DNA of 64,000 nucleotides from Escherichia coli (GTDB lineage Bacteria; Pseudomonadota; Gammaproteobacteria; Enterobacterales; Enterobacteriaceae): NCBI RefSeq assembly GCF_030013205.1, contig NZ_CP122648.1; one strand, 5' to 3'. Shown piece by piece: positions 1 to 10,070 of this stretch (position 1 is its first letter; each line of letters starts with the position of its first letter). The notes under the pieces were generated by a model. It saw only the letters and a program-made list of their open reading frames with translations, ran no database searches and was not told where the DNA came from. The position numbers and the translations under genes were made by a program.

Positions 1-665
1 ATGACGTTACCGGTGCGGGCGACACGGTGATTGGCGTCCTGGCGGCAACGCTGGCTGCGGGTAATTCACTGGAAGAAGCCTGCTTCTTTGCCAATGCGGC
101 GGCAGGCGTGGTGGTCGGCAAACTGGGGACATCCACGGTTTCGCCGATCGAGCTGGAAAATGCAGTACGTGGACGTGCAGATACCGGCTTTGGTGTGATG
201 ACCGAAGAGGAACTGAAGCTTGCTGTAGCGGCGGCGCGTAAACGCGGTGAAAAAGTGGTTATGACCAACGGCGTCTTCGACATCCTGCACGCCGGGCACG
301 TCTCCTATCTGGCAAATGCCCGCAAACTGGGTGACCGCCTGATTGTCGCCGTCAACAGCGATGCCTCCACCAAACGGCTGAAAGGGGATTCCCGCCCCGT
401 TAACCCGCTCGAACAGCGTATGATTGTGCTGGGCGCACTGGAAGCGGTCGACTGGGTGGTGTCGTTTGAAGAAGACACGCCGCAGCGCTTAATTGCCGGG
501 ATCCTGCCAGACCTGCTGGTGAAAGGTGGCGACTATAAACCAGAAGAGATTGCCGGGAGTAAAGAAGTCTGGGCCAACGGCGGCGAAGTGCTGGTGCTCA
601 ATTTTGAAGACGGTTGCTCGACGACCAACATCATCAAGAAGATCCAACAGGATAAAAAAGGCTAA
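1..665 (+). CDS. hldE: C-terminal part of bifunctional heptose 7-phosphate kinase / heptose 1-phosphate adenylyltransferase (5' end lies outside the window)
   Basis: In-frame ORF to stop at 663-665; translation ends ...[12 protein letters not shown] and contains the cytidylyltransferase motif region ([14 protein letters not shown]), matching HldE. Confidence 0.9.
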
Positions 666-709
666 CCGGAAAGCGTTTCACAGATCTCGCTTCGTACCTG
701 GCAGGCCTA

Positions 710-738
710 TTGACGCTGTTGTTTTTTCAACCTAGAGT
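710..738 (+). promoter_or_regulatory. Putative sigma70 promoter of Sib antisense RNA, copy 1 (-35 TTGACG, 17-bp spacer, -10 TAGAGT)
   Basis: Hexamers read directly from sequence; same arrangement repeated at 1086-1114 in the second repeat copy. Confidence 0.4.
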
Positions 739-744
739 AAAGGA

Positions 745-893
745 ACAAGGGTAAGGGAGGATTTCTCCCCCCTCTGATGAGTTGTTAGTAAGTCGGGAAA
801 CTTAACAGTAACAACACAACCAGTATGATGACGAACTTCATCATAACCCTTTCCTTCTGTAAGGCCCCTTCTTCGGGAGGGGCTTTCCCGTTT
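745..893 (+). ncRNA. sibE: Sib-type antisense RNA (antitoxin of type I TA), copy proximal to hldE; ends approximate
   Basis: Region fully overlaps the antisense 19-aa ibs ORF; candidate promoter upstream; GC stem-loop (about 863-884) followed by T-run as terminator. D/E naming is by position relative to hldE and is tentative. Confidence 0.5.
785..844 (-). CDS. ibsE: Ibs-family 19-aa hydrophobic type I toxin (MMKFVIILVVLLLLSFPTY)
   Basis: Minus-strand ATG ATG AAG TTC ... TAC TAA read manually; ORF is below the length cutoff of the supplied ORF track; SD-like AAGGAAAGGG upstream on minus strand. Confidence 0.75.
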   Translation of the reverse strand: MMKFVIILVVLLLLSFPTY

Positions 894-1085
894 CAGCCCC
901 TTGCTGACTCCCCGATTGTTGATGAGCGCCGGACCCCGCGCAACGCTTTCCCTGAGGCAGTTTTGCCTTCCCCGAGTGGTCACGCAAAACGCTGCAACAG
1001 CCTGATCATTTGCACCTTTTAGCGGAACGCAGATATAAAAAATCCCCGGCTTTTTGGGCCAGGGATATGTGTTAATGAAACCTTC

Positions 1086-1114
1086 TTGACGCTGATTTTT
1101 TTTCAACCTAAAGT
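1086..1114 (+). promoter_or_regulatory. Putative sigma70 promoter of Sib antisense RNA, copy 2 (-35 TTGACG, 17-bp spacer, -10 TAAAGT)
   Basis: Direct reading; paralogous to 710-738. Confidence 0.4.
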
Positions 1115-1120
1115 AAAGGA

Positions 1121-1269
1121 ACAAGGGTGAGGGAGGATTTCTCCCCCCTCTGATTGGCTGTTAATAAGTGGCGAAACTTACAAGTAACAACACAATCAGT
1201 ATGATGACGAGCTTCATCATAACCCTTTCCTTCTGTAAGGCCCCTTCCTCGGGAGGGGCTTTCCCGTTT
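1121..1269 (+). ncRNA. sibD: Sib-type antisense RNA, copy proximal to yqiK; ends approximate
   Basis: Second copy of the ~376-bp tandem repeat; overlaps ibs ORF 1161-1220; terminator-like hairpin 1237-1260 plus T-run. Confidence 0.5.
1161..1220 (-). CDS. ibsD: Ibs-family 19-aa hydrophobic type I toxin (MMKLVIILIVLLLVSFATY)
   Basis: Minus-strand ORF read manually; paralog of 785-844 (differs at 4 codons). Confidence 0.75.
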   Translation of the reverse strand: MMKLVIILIVLLLVSFATY

Positions 1270-1458
1270 CAGCCCTTTGCTGACTTCCCGATTGTTGATG
1301 AGCGTCAGACCCCGCGCAATGCTTTCCCAGAGGCAGTTTTGCCTTCCCCGAGCGGTCACGCAAAAGGCTGCAACGACCTGAGCATTTGCAGTTTTTTGCG
1401 GAATGCAGATATAAAAAATCCCCGGCTTTTTGGGCCAGGGATGTTCATAGTTGAAAAT

Positions 1459-3120
1459 TTATTCTACGTTTTCGGCGACGGGAGTTGTTGAGGTTAAGGG
1501 TGAAGTCAATGCCGCCAGCGAGCCGCCAGAAACACCGATTTCATTGAGCAAGGAGTCAATCAGTGGTGCCTGTGTGCGGTAAGAGAGTGCGGCAGACAAT
1601 GCCTGTTCTGCCAGGTTTCCGCCACTAACGCTGCCTGATGCTGCATCCCCCGCAGCACCACCTCGGTTTAATCCATCGACCTGAATAATCTTGATGCCGT
1701 CGATAGACTTCATCGGCTCAACGGATTTCTCTATTACTGCAGGTAACGACTGTAATAGCGCCAGTTTGAATTTAAGGCTGGTTTGTTCATCAGAAAGTAC
1801 GTTGATAGCGTCGTTCAGCGCACGTTGCGCTTCTGCTTCCGCCAGACCCTTTTTACGCGTAGCTTCGGCTAACTCAACGATTGCCGCCGCCTGCATCTCT
1901 GCGGCTTCTTTCTCTGCTTTCGCCCGCACGGTCAGTTCAACCGCTTTGGTTTCTGCATCCTGCGCGGCAGCGATTAGGGCAACTTGTTTAGCACGATCGG
2001 CTTCTGCGGTCTGGCGAGTTGTTTCTACGTTTTGCTGGGCGCTTACCGCTTCTGCAAGTGCAAGGTTGGCACGCGCTTCCGCTTGTGACTGCTGTTCCGA
2101 TTTGGCGGCAATAGCGATCGATTTCGTCTGGTTGGCGATTTCGGTGACCTGCTGCTGTTCGATCTCTTTAATGCGAACTTCACGTTCAGCTTCAACTTTT
2201 CTGGAACGGACGGCCTGTTCGCGGTCGATTTCTGTTTCCTGAATCTGTCGTTCAGCCAGAATTCGCGTCTGCTCTGCTTCCCGACGACGCTCGGCCTCAA
2301 AAGCCGCAATTTTCGCATTCTGCTCAGCGGTACGGGTTTTAACCTGCTGCTCCTGCTCAAGCGTCATAAACGCTTCTTGTTGTTCAATCTCCAGCTTCCG
2401 CGAAAGCGCATCACGGTTTTTCTCACGCACCGCAACTTCTACATCCTGTTCAACTTCGTTACGTTCGCGACGACGGCGCTCCGTCTCCTGCGTCAGCTTG
2501 GTTAAACCTTCGGCGTCAAAGGCGTTGTTAGGATTGAAATGTTCTTTCGACGTCTGGTTAAAGTTGGTAAGTGAAACGCTTTCCAGTTCCAGGCCATTTT
2601 TCGACAGATCTTCAGCTACGGTATTTTGTACGCCCTGCACGAAGTTCTCGCGGGTATCCTGTAACTCATGCATGGTCATTTGTGCAGCTGTTGCACGGAG
2701 GGCATCGACAAATTTATCTTCAACCAACATACGTAAGTCTTCAGGCGACAGGGTGCGTTGCCCCAGCGTCTGGGCGGCGGTGGCAATACCTTCCACTGAC
2801 GGTTTTACCCGCACAAAGAAAGCGACAACGACATCGACGCGCATACGATCTTTCGTAATCAGGCTATCAATGGTTGAGCGGCTGACTTCCAGCTTCAGAG
2901 TATTCATATTGATGGGGATTATTTCATGAAAGATCGGCATCACGATTGCGCCACCGCTCATTACCACTTTTTGCCCACCTAAACCAGTACGAACAAAAGC
3001 TTGCTCTGCCGAAGCGCGACGATAGAGCCTGGCGAAAATAATTCCAATAATAAACAGAATGCATACGGCAATAATCGCGGTAAACATCCAGGAGGGCATA
3101 GAATTAACAATATCATCCAT
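1459..3120 (-). CDS. yqiK: Flotillin/SPFH (band 7) family inner membrane protein, 553 aa
   Basis: ORF track; N-terminal TM segment, long coiled-coil rich in A/E/Q/R, size and context next to yqiJ match YqiK. Confidence 0.9.
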   Translation of the reverse strand: MDDIVNSMPSWMFTAIIAVCILFIIGIIFARLYRRASAEQAFVRTGLGGQKVVMSGGAIVMPIFHEIIPINMNTLKLEVSRSTIDSLITKDRMRVDVVVAFFVRVKPSVEGIATAAQTLGQRTLSPEDLRMLVEDKFVDALRATAAQMTMHELQDTRENFVQGVQNTVAEDLSKNGLELESVSLTNFNQTSKEHFNPNNAFDAEGLTKLTQETERRRRERNEVEQDVEVAVREKNRDALSRKLEIEQQEAFMTLEQEQQVKTRTAEQNAKIAAFEAERRREAEQTRILAERQIQETEIDREQAVRSRKVEAEREVRIKEIEQQQVTEIANQTKSIAIAAKSEQQSQAEARANLALAEAVSAQQNVETTRQTAEADRAKQVALIAAAQDAETKAVELTVRAKAEKEAAEMQAAAIVELAEATRKKGLAEAEAQRALNDAINVLSDEQTSLKFKLALLQSLPAVIEKSVEPMKSIDGIKIIQVDGLNRGGAAGDAASGSVSGGNLAEQALSAALSYRTQAPLIDSLLNEIGVSGGSLAALTSPLTSTTPVAENVE

Positions 3121-3146
3121 TATTAAATTTCCTTTTGATTAATATA

Positions 3147-3776
3147 TTACAATATTTGGGGCCAGGGATTGTTTTCCGCCAAATATCGCGTTGCAGAAAG
3201 TCGGCAAATAATTAACACTTTGTCTCCTTTAGTGAAAATTTTTCCTTCTTCAGGCTCCAGTAGTAAATAATGTATTTGGCCAAATTGATCGGTGAGTTTT
3301 CCTTCGCAGGGATTACCTGAAGTGGCCTGATGACCGGTAATTAACGCCATGCTACCAATATATTCTTCTTCTGTAATAGCTGAACTCTGGTCGCGTGGAA
3401 TCCAGGGCGCAACTATTTTACCGGTATAATGCACCGTAATAATCGTAAACAGTAAACTGACAGGAACCACGAACAGGTTCGACAGTGGTGATTGCCAGAC
3501 CATGATGCAGGCATGCTGCAACAGGATGCCAATAAGACCAAAAAAACCAGCCAGCAAGCAGAGAACGACGAGAGCTGGCAATCTTCCGATATTGAGATAA
3601 TGAAGTGCCTGGCTAATATGACCTGTGGTTATGGAATCATAATGGTCAAGATGTGCATCAAGTGCACCGGAGAGCATGTGACCGCAGATAAGCGCAAAAA
3701 TTTCTAAAAGGCCGATCAACAGTACAAAGGAAATAGCGAAAAGATAAGGGGTGTTATAGTCGGCGAATAAAATCAT
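3147..3776 (-). CDS. yqiJ: NfeD-like inner membrane protein, 209 aa, partner of YqiK
   Basis: ORF track; multi-TM hydrophobic N-terminal half plus C-terminal soluble domain; 26-bp spacing to yqiK suggests an operon. Confidence 0.85.
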   Translation of the reverse strand: MILFADYNTPYLFAISFVLLIGLLEIFALICGHMLSGALDAHLDHYDSITTGHISQALHYLNIGRLPALVVLCLLAGFFGLIGILLQHACIMVWQSPLSNLFVVPVSLLFTIITVHYTGKIVAPWIPRDQSSAITEEEYIGSMALITGHQATSGNPCEGKLTDQFGQIHYLLLEPEEGKIFTKGDKVLIICRLSATRYLAENNPWPQIL

Positions 3777-4044
3777 ATGTCACTCCAATGTCCATTTAGT
3801 GACGCAATATTTACTTTAGGATAGTTTCCTTGCTTACATTTATCTTTGTTAATAATAACACATGTTAGAGAAGTTCTGGAAGAGAAAGTCTTTTAATATG
3901 GTTTTTTATTTTTCACTAAAAAGTGTGATCGGGGACAATATATTTACGCACGTTATGTTTAAAGGCACTACACTGATTGGGGAATACTGAAATCAGAAAA
4001 AGCATATGGCCTTAAAAGGTATGCGATAACCGGAGGATGTGCTT

Positions 4045-4245
4045 ATGGATCATAGTCTTAATTCTTTAAATAATTTCGATTTCCTGGCGCGTAGTTTTGC
4101 CAGAATGCACGCAGAAGGTCGCCCGGTCGATATTCTGGCCGTTACTGGTAACATGGATGAAGAACATAGAACCTGGTTTTGCGCACGTTATGCCTGGTAT
4201 TGCCAACAGATGATGCAAACCAGAGAACTTGAATTAGAACACTGA
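4045..4245 (+). CDS. glgS: GlgS, small regulator of glycogen/motility (66 aa)
   Basis: Translation [57 protein letters not shown]... matches GlgS; the ORF-track start at 4039 is 2 codons upstream. Confidence 0.9.
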
Positions 4246-4279
4246 TATTACGGGCCGTCTGGCCCGTTTTTGTGTTGCT

Positions 4280-4579
4280 TTATTCTGCTTTATCAATAGG
4301 CGGGATAGCCGGAGGAGATTGAAGATCTGCTACCGAATTATTGCGCGCTTCCAGTTCACTGATGCGCTGCTCCAGTAATGCCAGTTTCTCACGAGTCCGT
4401 AACAGGACTTGCGTCTGTACGTCGAATTCTTCGCGGCTCACCAGATCGAGACGCGTCAGCTGCGCTTGTAGGGTTTGGCGGATTTTTTTCTCCACATCTT
4501 CCCCGAACTCCCTGATTCCTTTAGGCATTGATTCGTGAACCTGGCGAGCGATTTGCTCAATTTTTTTCGGGTCAATCAT
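4280..4579 (-). CDS. ubiK: UbiK (YqiC), ubiquinone biosynthesis accessory factor / BMFP coiled-coil protein
   Basis: Internal start [21 protein letters not shown]... chosen over the 119-aa extension; divergent from ribB. Confidence 0.85.
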   Translation of the reverse strand: MIDPKKIEQIARQVHESMPKGIREFGEDVEKKIRQTLQAQLTRLDLVSREEFDVQTQVLLRTREKLALLEQRISELEARNNSVADLQSPPAIPPIDKAE

Positions 4580-4694
4580 TGTAGTTTCCCTGTACTGATA
4601 GGTGTTGAGTGCTATTGTAGTGCGATAAGGGTAAGTCATAAACCAGAATTATGTGAAGCTATGCGTTGCTGCCGCTAATCATTAGCGTTATAGT

Positions 4695-4950
4695 GAATCC
4701 GCTTATTCTCAGGGCGGGGCGAAATTCCCCACCGGCGGTAAATCAACTCAGTTGAAAGCCCGCGAGCGCTTTGGGTGCGAACTCAAAGGACAGCAGATCC
4801 GGTGTAATTCCGGGGCCGACGGTTAGAGTCCGGATGGGAGAGAGTAACGATTCTGTCGGGCATGGACCCGCTCACGTTATTTTGGCTATATGCCGCCACT
4901 CCTAAGACTGCCCTGATTCTGGTAACCATAATTTTAGTGAGGTTTTTTTA
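4695..4950 (+). promoter_or_regulatory. FMN riboswitch (RFN element) and expression platform in the ribB leader
   Basis: Conserved RFN core segments read in sequence: AGGGCGGGGCGAAATTCCCCACCGGCGGTAAA ... GGTGCGAACTC ... GGACAGCAGATCCGGTGTAATTCCGGGGCCGACGGTTAGAGTCCGGATGGGAGAG, immediately 5' of ribB. Confidence 0.85.
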
Positions 4951-4952
4951 CC

Positions 4953-5606
4953 ATGAATCAGACGCTACTTTCCTCTTTTGGTACGCCTTTCGAACGTGTT
5001 GAAAATGCACTGGCTGCGCTGCGTGAAGGACGCGGTGTAATGGTGCTTGATGATGAAGACCGTGAAAACGAAGGCGATATGATCTTCCCGGCAGAAACCA
5101 TGACCGTTGAGCAGATGGCGCTGACCATTCGCCACGGTAGCGGTATTGTTTGCCTGTGCATTACTGAAGATCGCCGTAAACAACTCGATCTGCCAATGAT
5201 GGTAGAAAATAACACCAGCGCCTATGGCACCGGTTTTACCGTGACCATTGAAGCGGCTGAAGGTGTGACTACCGGTGTTTCTGCCGCTGACCGTATTACG
5301 ACCGTTCGCGCAGCGATTGCCGATGGCGCAAAACCTTCTGATCTGAATCGCCCGGGCCACGTTTTCCCACTTCGCGCGCAGGCAGGTGGAGTACTGACGC
5401 GTGGCGGTCATACTGAAGCAACTATTGATCTAATGACGCTGGCAGGCTTTAAACCGGCTGGTGTGCTGTGTGAGCTGACTAATGACGATGGCACGATGGC
5501 GCGTGCACCAGAGTGCATTGAGTTTGCCAATAAACACAATATGGCGCTCGTGACTATTGAAGACCTGGTGGCATACCGTCAGGCACATGAGCGTAAAGCC
5601 AGCTAA
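4953..5606 (+). CDS. ribB: 3,4-dihydroxy-2-butanone 4-phosphate synthase
   Basis: 217-aa translation with hallmark motifs ([21 protein letters not shown]), downstream of the FMN riboswitch. Confidence 0.95.
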   Translation: MNQTLLSSFGTPFERVENALAALREGRGVMVLDDEDRENEGDMIFPAETMTVEQMALTIRHGSGIVCLCITEDRRKQLDLPMMVENNTSAYGTGFTVTIEAAEGVTTGVSAADRITTVRAAIADGAKPSDLNRPGHVFPLRAQAGGVLTRGGHTEATIDLMTLAGFKPAGVLCELTNDDGTMARAPECIEFANKHNMALVTIEDLVAYRQAHERKAS

Positions 5607-5626
5607 TGAGATGAAATACTAAATAT

Positions 5627-5653
5627 GAAAATGCCGGGGTGTTCCCGGCATTT
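5627..5653. terminator. Bidirectional rho-independent terminator between convergent ribB and fimbrial adhesin gene
   Basis: AAAATGCCGGGG-TGTT-CCCGGCATTTT: GC stem flanked by A-run and T-run. Confidence 0.7.
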
Positions 5654-5659
5654 TGCTGT

Positions 5660-6709
5660 TTAGTGGTAGTTGATTTTAACTATCAGGTCTTTCTGAAATG
5701 GGCCATAGACGAGTGGTTCACCAGGTTTTTGGGTTAATTCGGCCTGGTAATCGCGGGTTGCCATTGCCGCACTCTGACCGGGAATATAAGTACTAAATAA
5801 TTTGAACTGGTTAAATTCAATATCTTCTTGCGTTTTTTGATCAGTAATTCGCATGAGCAAGCCGTTACCTATTTCCAGATGCGTATTGTCATATAATGTA
5901 TCTGAAGTAAAGAAACTGGTTGCAACATCAAACTGTTCGGTACAATCAGACGCAATGTCTTTTATGGTAGAAACGCTGAATGCTGCCTTCGGTGGGAAAG
6001 TTGCAATGGAATTCGCAGCGATCTGCCCAAAATTGACTATCTGACTTTCCGGGGAAATGCGGACGTCGACACTACAGTCAAGGAATGAAATATTATCTAA
6101 CCCCGTAATCGCATAGCGTAAATTTTTCGCGTTGGGGGCCATGTTCGCCCCGCCTTCACCGTCGAATTGCAGCACGTTGACTGTGCCAAAGTTTACCGTC
6201 TGATCTCCTGCCGGGCGGCTTTTGAATTTTACATAGACGCGAAAATGGGCGTTAAATGTTACATTTTTTTGAAGAGTGCTGCCATTGCATACAGGGTCAT
6301 GATAATACCCATTATAGTATTGTTCATATTTATCCAGGCACGCATGAGTATCAATTTTTTCATTTGTCCCTTCATAATCTACACCATTATAAGTCACGCC
6401 AAATGTTAAATACGGATTATTCAACATATCGGCACTATTTATTTGGGGCAATTTGATCCAGGCATAGACATTTTTTGATGGGTTATTACTTGACCATCCT
6501 GGTGCATTGTCACAATAAACTGTGATATTAATATCTCCGCTCTCCCAAATTTTTTGCCCAGGTTGCGCATTCTCTGGAATTTTGAACGTTGGTAAATCTC
6601 CATTTATGAGGGTTGCTCCTCTGTACCCATCCTGATAGCAATCAACAGCAAAAGCTGAAACGTTAAAAAAAAGGCAAAGAATCGCCAGTAGTCGAAAAAG
6701 TGTAATCAT
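5660..6709 (-). CDS. Fimbrial adhesin-like (tip) protein of a chaperone-usher operon, 349 aa
   Basis: Signal peptide (MITLFRLLAILCLFFNVSAFA), last gene of operon, start overlaps chaperone stop; size/position consistent with a Yqi-type adhesin (YqiI-like), not verified. Confidence 0.7.
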   Translation of the reverse strand: MITLFRLLAILCLFFNVSAFAVDCYQDGYRGATLINGDLPTFKIPENAQPGQKIWESGDINITVYCDNAPGWSSNNPSKNVYAWIKLPQINSADMLNNPYLTFGVTYNGVDYEGTNEKIDTHACLDKYEQYYNGYYHDPVCNGSTLQKNVTFNAHFRVYVKFKSRPAGDQTVNFGTVNVLQFDGEGGANMAPNAKNLRYAITGLDNISFLDCSVDVRISPESQIVNFGQIAANSIATFPPKAAFSVSTIKDIASDCTEQFDVATSFFTSDTLYDNTHLEIGNGLLMRITDQKTQEDIEFNQFKLFSTYIPGQSAAMATRDYQAELTQKPGEPLVYGPFQKDLIVKINYH

Positions 6710-7455
6710 ATTTTCCCCTTCTTCGCAGGAGTACTTTGGCAGAGGGACTGGACGGAATTACATACTACTTTAAACATCTCCAGCCCGCCGTAGTCCGCCA
6801 CAAAGCCTAACTGGAAGGTAGAGGGCAGGTTGTTTAAGTGTTGAGTCGCAGAAGCAAATGGTGCCACCATAATACTGTCCGCACCAGGCATCAGTGTCTT
6901 GCCATTAGTGCCGATATAGCCGACGGTAATATGATAAGGCGTCGGGTTATTCAGGGTCAGACCGACGGCGGTGCGGGTAATCGTCACTTTTTGCAGAGGA
7001 ACCATCTCCCCCTCTTTTAACTCAATCGCTTTTGGCCGCCAGAATAGCTTCAGACGGCTTTGCATGGCGATTTGCATGACATTCTGTTCTTTGGCACGCG
7101 GCGGAATTTCCCGCACGTTATAGTAGAATAGCGTTTCTCTGTCCTGTGGTAAGTTATTTAACGAGGCCAGCGCCATCAGGCGAATTTGTACCTGTTCATC
7201 AGGCTCAATACGTTCCATCGGCGGCAGTGTTGAAATGTAATCACGCGTTTTTTTACCGCTGGCATCTTCAATCCACGATTGAGCAAGATAAGGATCGATT
7301 TTACTTTGGTTGGTCAGGCGAACCGTTGCGCTTTTATTCGAAGCATTAAAAATGATGCGTGTCCTGTCGGGGGAGACAGTAGCCTGGGCAAAGTTGCAGA
7401 TCCCCAGAAAACAAATCATTCCTGTTGTGATTAATGGTAATTTCATTATATTCAT
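6706..7455 (-). CDS. Periplasmic fimbrial chaperone (PapD-like), 249 aa
   Basis: Signal peptide, typical chaperone N-domain pattern (RIIFNASNKSATVRLTN...); YqiH-like by size and position. Confidence 0.8.
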   Translation of the reverse strand: MNIMKLPLITTGMICFLGICNFAQATVSPDRTRIIFNASNKSATVRLTNQSKIDPYLAQSWIEDASGKKTRDYISTLPPMERIEPDEQVQIRLMALASLNNLPQDRETLFYYNVREIPPRAKEQNVMQIAMQSRLKLFWRPKAIELKEGEMVPLQKVTITRTAVGLTLNNPTPYHITVGYIGTNGKTLMPGADSIMVAPFASATQHLNNLPSTFQLGFVADYGGLEMFKVVCNSVQSLCQSTPAKKGKI

Positions 7456-7461
7456 CCTGAA

Positions 7462-9984
7462 TTATTTGACTGTTTTACAAGGTAAAATTATTGCGCTTTC
7501 ACTTATGTTACTTTGGTTTGGCGGCGTGACTTCACAGGTATTATCACCCCAGGTTAAATGCAGAATACTGTTTTCCTGAATACCGCTGAGATAAACGAAG
7601 CCATCTTCCGCTACCAGGCCCACATCTTTACCTGTCGCTTTATCCGTGACATTCACACCTAGTGGAGGGAAGCGGCCATTTTCCTGACGAATAACGCCGA
7701 CGATTTGGTATCCGGTGGTGGCATTCAGTTTTGCGTAGCCGATGGCACCCTGGGTGAGCGTAGTACGAATAACCGAGTTTTCGACATCGACACCTTCAGG
7801 CAGATCGTTATTGTTCACCCGCAACATGGAGGTGGTGTAGTTCGATAACGAAGGTATCACGGCGATGCCCAGCCCGTTGGTAACAGTTCGGTTAGAGTTG
7901 ATTTCAACGCCGGAGATGCCATCGGTATCGACCATCATGCGGGCGTTATCGCCATAGCTATAATCGTGAAGAGCGACACCATGACGTGTAGCGGTAAGTG
8001 AACCGTACCAGCCTGCGGTAACAGAATTGTACTGATTCGGCTGTACACTGCCATTAATGTTCAGACGTCCCCACGGCGAATAGTGCTGGTAGCTGCCGCG
8101 CAGTGTGGGTTCGCCATCACGTATATTGTCGTCAGTTGCCGACGCAGAAATATTCCAGATATTGTTGCGATCTGATGAATCGTACCAGGAAATCATCTGC
8201 GAAGTATTACTGCTTCCCGTACGCTGCATACTGTAGGAGATGTTGCGGTTTTGTTGTAAAGGTAGAGAGAAAGAGAAGTAATATTGATTCTCTTCGTCGT
8301 CATCCCAGCGGATTCGACTTACTGCCAGCGATGCAGAGATACCTTTGAAATCGCCAATATCAAAGTTTTTGCTTACAGATACGGAGTAGTTGGTATTGCT
8401 GGCGCTGTCCCAATAAGTATTGCGTGTAACGTTGAGATAAGAGTTTAATTCCAGCGTTTCAAAGTACTGGTTCAAGGAAATGACATAACTCTCTTTTTCA
8501 TTATCAATTGACTCATCGCCATTACGCGAGCTTAGGTACTCACTCATCGACACGTAATCTTTATCTGAGAAGCGATAACCCGCGAAGGTAATCTGACTAC
8601 CTGTCGATTCGAAATGCTTTGCATAGTTGAAGCGATAGCTGTAACCACGCAGATTGTCGCTATTTTGTTGCTGCAGAGAGGCGTCTGCTCCGGTGACATC
8701 AAAAGAAAGCGAACCGAATTGGTTAAGGTTAAAGCCAATACCGGTAGTGATAGCCTGATAATCATCAGCGGTGAACATGCCGCCACCATACAGCGACACA
8801 TTGTTCAGCCAGCCCCAGGAGGCTTCCGCCGTCCAGAAAAAGGGATTATTGATATCGTTATGCCCGACGGATGTTGGTTTTCCCTGCGACGTCTTATAGC
8901 GCACTTGCCCTTTACGGGTTAAATAGGGAATGGATGCGGAGCCAACCTGGAAGGTGCTGGTGCAGCCATCTTCTTCTTCCACTGTGACATCCAACTGCCC
9001 CTGAAACGATTGCCCCAAATCAGAAATAGTAAAAGGGCCTGGCGCGACAGTGGTTTGATAAAGTACGCGACCATTTTGTGCCACAGTCACTTTAGCGTTG
9101 GTCTGCGCGATACCGGTAATTTGTGGCGCATAACCCTGTAAATCTGGCGGCAGCATGCTTTCATCACTTTCCAGCGATGCGCCAGTAAAGTGGAAGGTAT
9201 CGTAAAGATTGGAGCTCAGGTCGTACTGGCCCATAGTGAATTTTGACGACCAGGAGGGGATAGGGCGAAACAGATAAGTTCGCGCAAATTCGCTGTCGTG
9301 GTTTACCGAGCGTCCATCAGCAAAATTCTGATTATATTGGTAATCGCTACGTAAGCGCCATGCGCCGAGGTTAAAGCCTAACGTACCATAGGAGCTGACG
9401 TTTTGGGTGCTGTCTCCGTGATGTGGGGCATACTGGCTGGCATACATGTTGTAATCAAGAATAAACCCGGCGATACCAGCATCCCAAAACTCTGGTGGCG
9501 TCCAGTTTGTTGCCTGGTATTTTAACCATGCCTGGGGAACACTTAGCGATAATATCATCGTAGCTTTATCAAGTCGTGTAGTTAACTCCTGACGTTGGCT
9601 TAAATCGAGACATTCGCTGCCAGCTATGTTTTGCAATGATTCAATAAATTCCGTATTAAGACCGAAATTAGTCAAATTTTCTTTGGTTAAGCAGAGTAAC
9701 GAACCACTTTCATTATCGGCTTTTACCCATTCCAGTATTAACGTTTGTGGCAACATATTTTTATTTATTTGCACACGAACGAGGTATCTACCAGGGGGGA
9801 TATAGCCTTTTTTCTCAAAACGCGAGATATCAATATTCTCACGGTCTTCTGCGTCAACCATATCGACGTTGAATTCTACGGCGTGGACTGGCAAAACGAA
9901 GAGTAGGGAACACACAACGCCAGACAGGGCAATTTTAATTGCATGGGATAACTTATCCCCGGTAAACGTGTTTTTATTGTTCAT
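7462..9984 (-). CDS. Outer-membrane fimbrial usher, 840 aa, intact
   Basis: Long beta-barrel-like protein with signal peptide and C-terminal conserved Cys pair; sits between subunit and chaperone genes; YqiG-like. Confidence 0.8.
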   Translation of the reverse strand: MNNKNTFTGDKLSHAIKIALSGVVCSLLFVLPVHAVEFNVDMVDAEDRENIDISRFEKKGYIPPGRYLVRVQINKNMLPQTLILEWVKADNESGSLLCLTKENLTNFGLNTEFIESLQNIAGSECLDLSQRQELTTRLDKATMILSLSVPQAWLKYQATNWTPPEFWDAGIAGFILDYNMYASQYAPHHGDSTQNVSSYGTLGFNLGAWRLRSDYQYNQNFADGRSVNHDSEFARTYLFRPIPSWSSKFTMGQYDLSSNLYDTFHFTGASLESDESMLPPDLQGYAPQITGIAQTNAKVTVAQNGRVLYQTTVAPGPFTISDLGQSFQGQLDVTVEEEDGCTSTFQVGSASIPYLTRKGQVRYKTSQGKPTSVGHNDINNPFFWTAEASWGWLNNVSLYGGGMFTADDYQAITTGIGFNLNQFGSLSFDVTGADASLQQQNSDNLRGYSYRFNYAKHFESTGSQITFAGYRFSDKDYVSMSEYLSSRNGDESIDNEKESYVISLNQYFETLELNSYLNVTRNTYWDSASNTNYSVSVSKNFDIGDFKGISASLAVSRIRWDDDEENQYYFSFSLPLQQNRNISYSMQRTGSSNTSQMISWYDSSDRNNIWNISASATDDNIRDGEPTLRGSYQHYSPWGRLNINGSVQPNQYNSVTAGWYGSLTATRHGVALHDYSYGDNARMMVDTDGISGVEINSNRTVTNGLGIAVIPSLSNYTTSMLRVNNNDLPEGVDVENSVIRTTLTQGAIGYAKLNATTGYQIVGVIRQENGRFPPLGVNVTDKATGKDVGLVAEDGFVYLSGIQENSILHLTWGDNTCEVTPPNQSNISESAIILPCKTVK

Positions 9985-10014
9985 AAAAATCCATTTCTAA
10001 AAAGGCCCAAAGTT

Positions 10015-10034
10015 GCCGATGAAATTTCATCGGC
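10015..10034 (-). terminator. Intra-operon stem-loop downstream of the major subunit gene (possible attenuator)
   Basis: GCCGATGA-AATT-TCATCGGC perfect 8-bp stem between subunit and usher genes. Confidence 0.4.
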
Positions 10035-10070
10035 TTTACCGCCTGACGTTGTGTAGTTACTAATTGCCGC

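Noticed and set aside
732..1491. ORF-track ORFs of 65-130 aa on both strands across the hldE-yqiK spacer (732-1124, 825-1022, 1108-1359, 1168-1491)
   Set aside because: They overlap the tandem Sib/Ibs repeat; the real coding units are the 19-aa Ibs ORFs and the rest is RNA structure. Low-complexity translations and no RBS.
1691..2929. Antisense and alternative-frame ORFs inside yqiK (1691-2242 +, 2043-2360 -, 2498-2929 +)
   Set aside because: Embedded in a well-supported coiled-coil gene; Ser/Ala/Arg-rich translations typical of out-of-frame reading.
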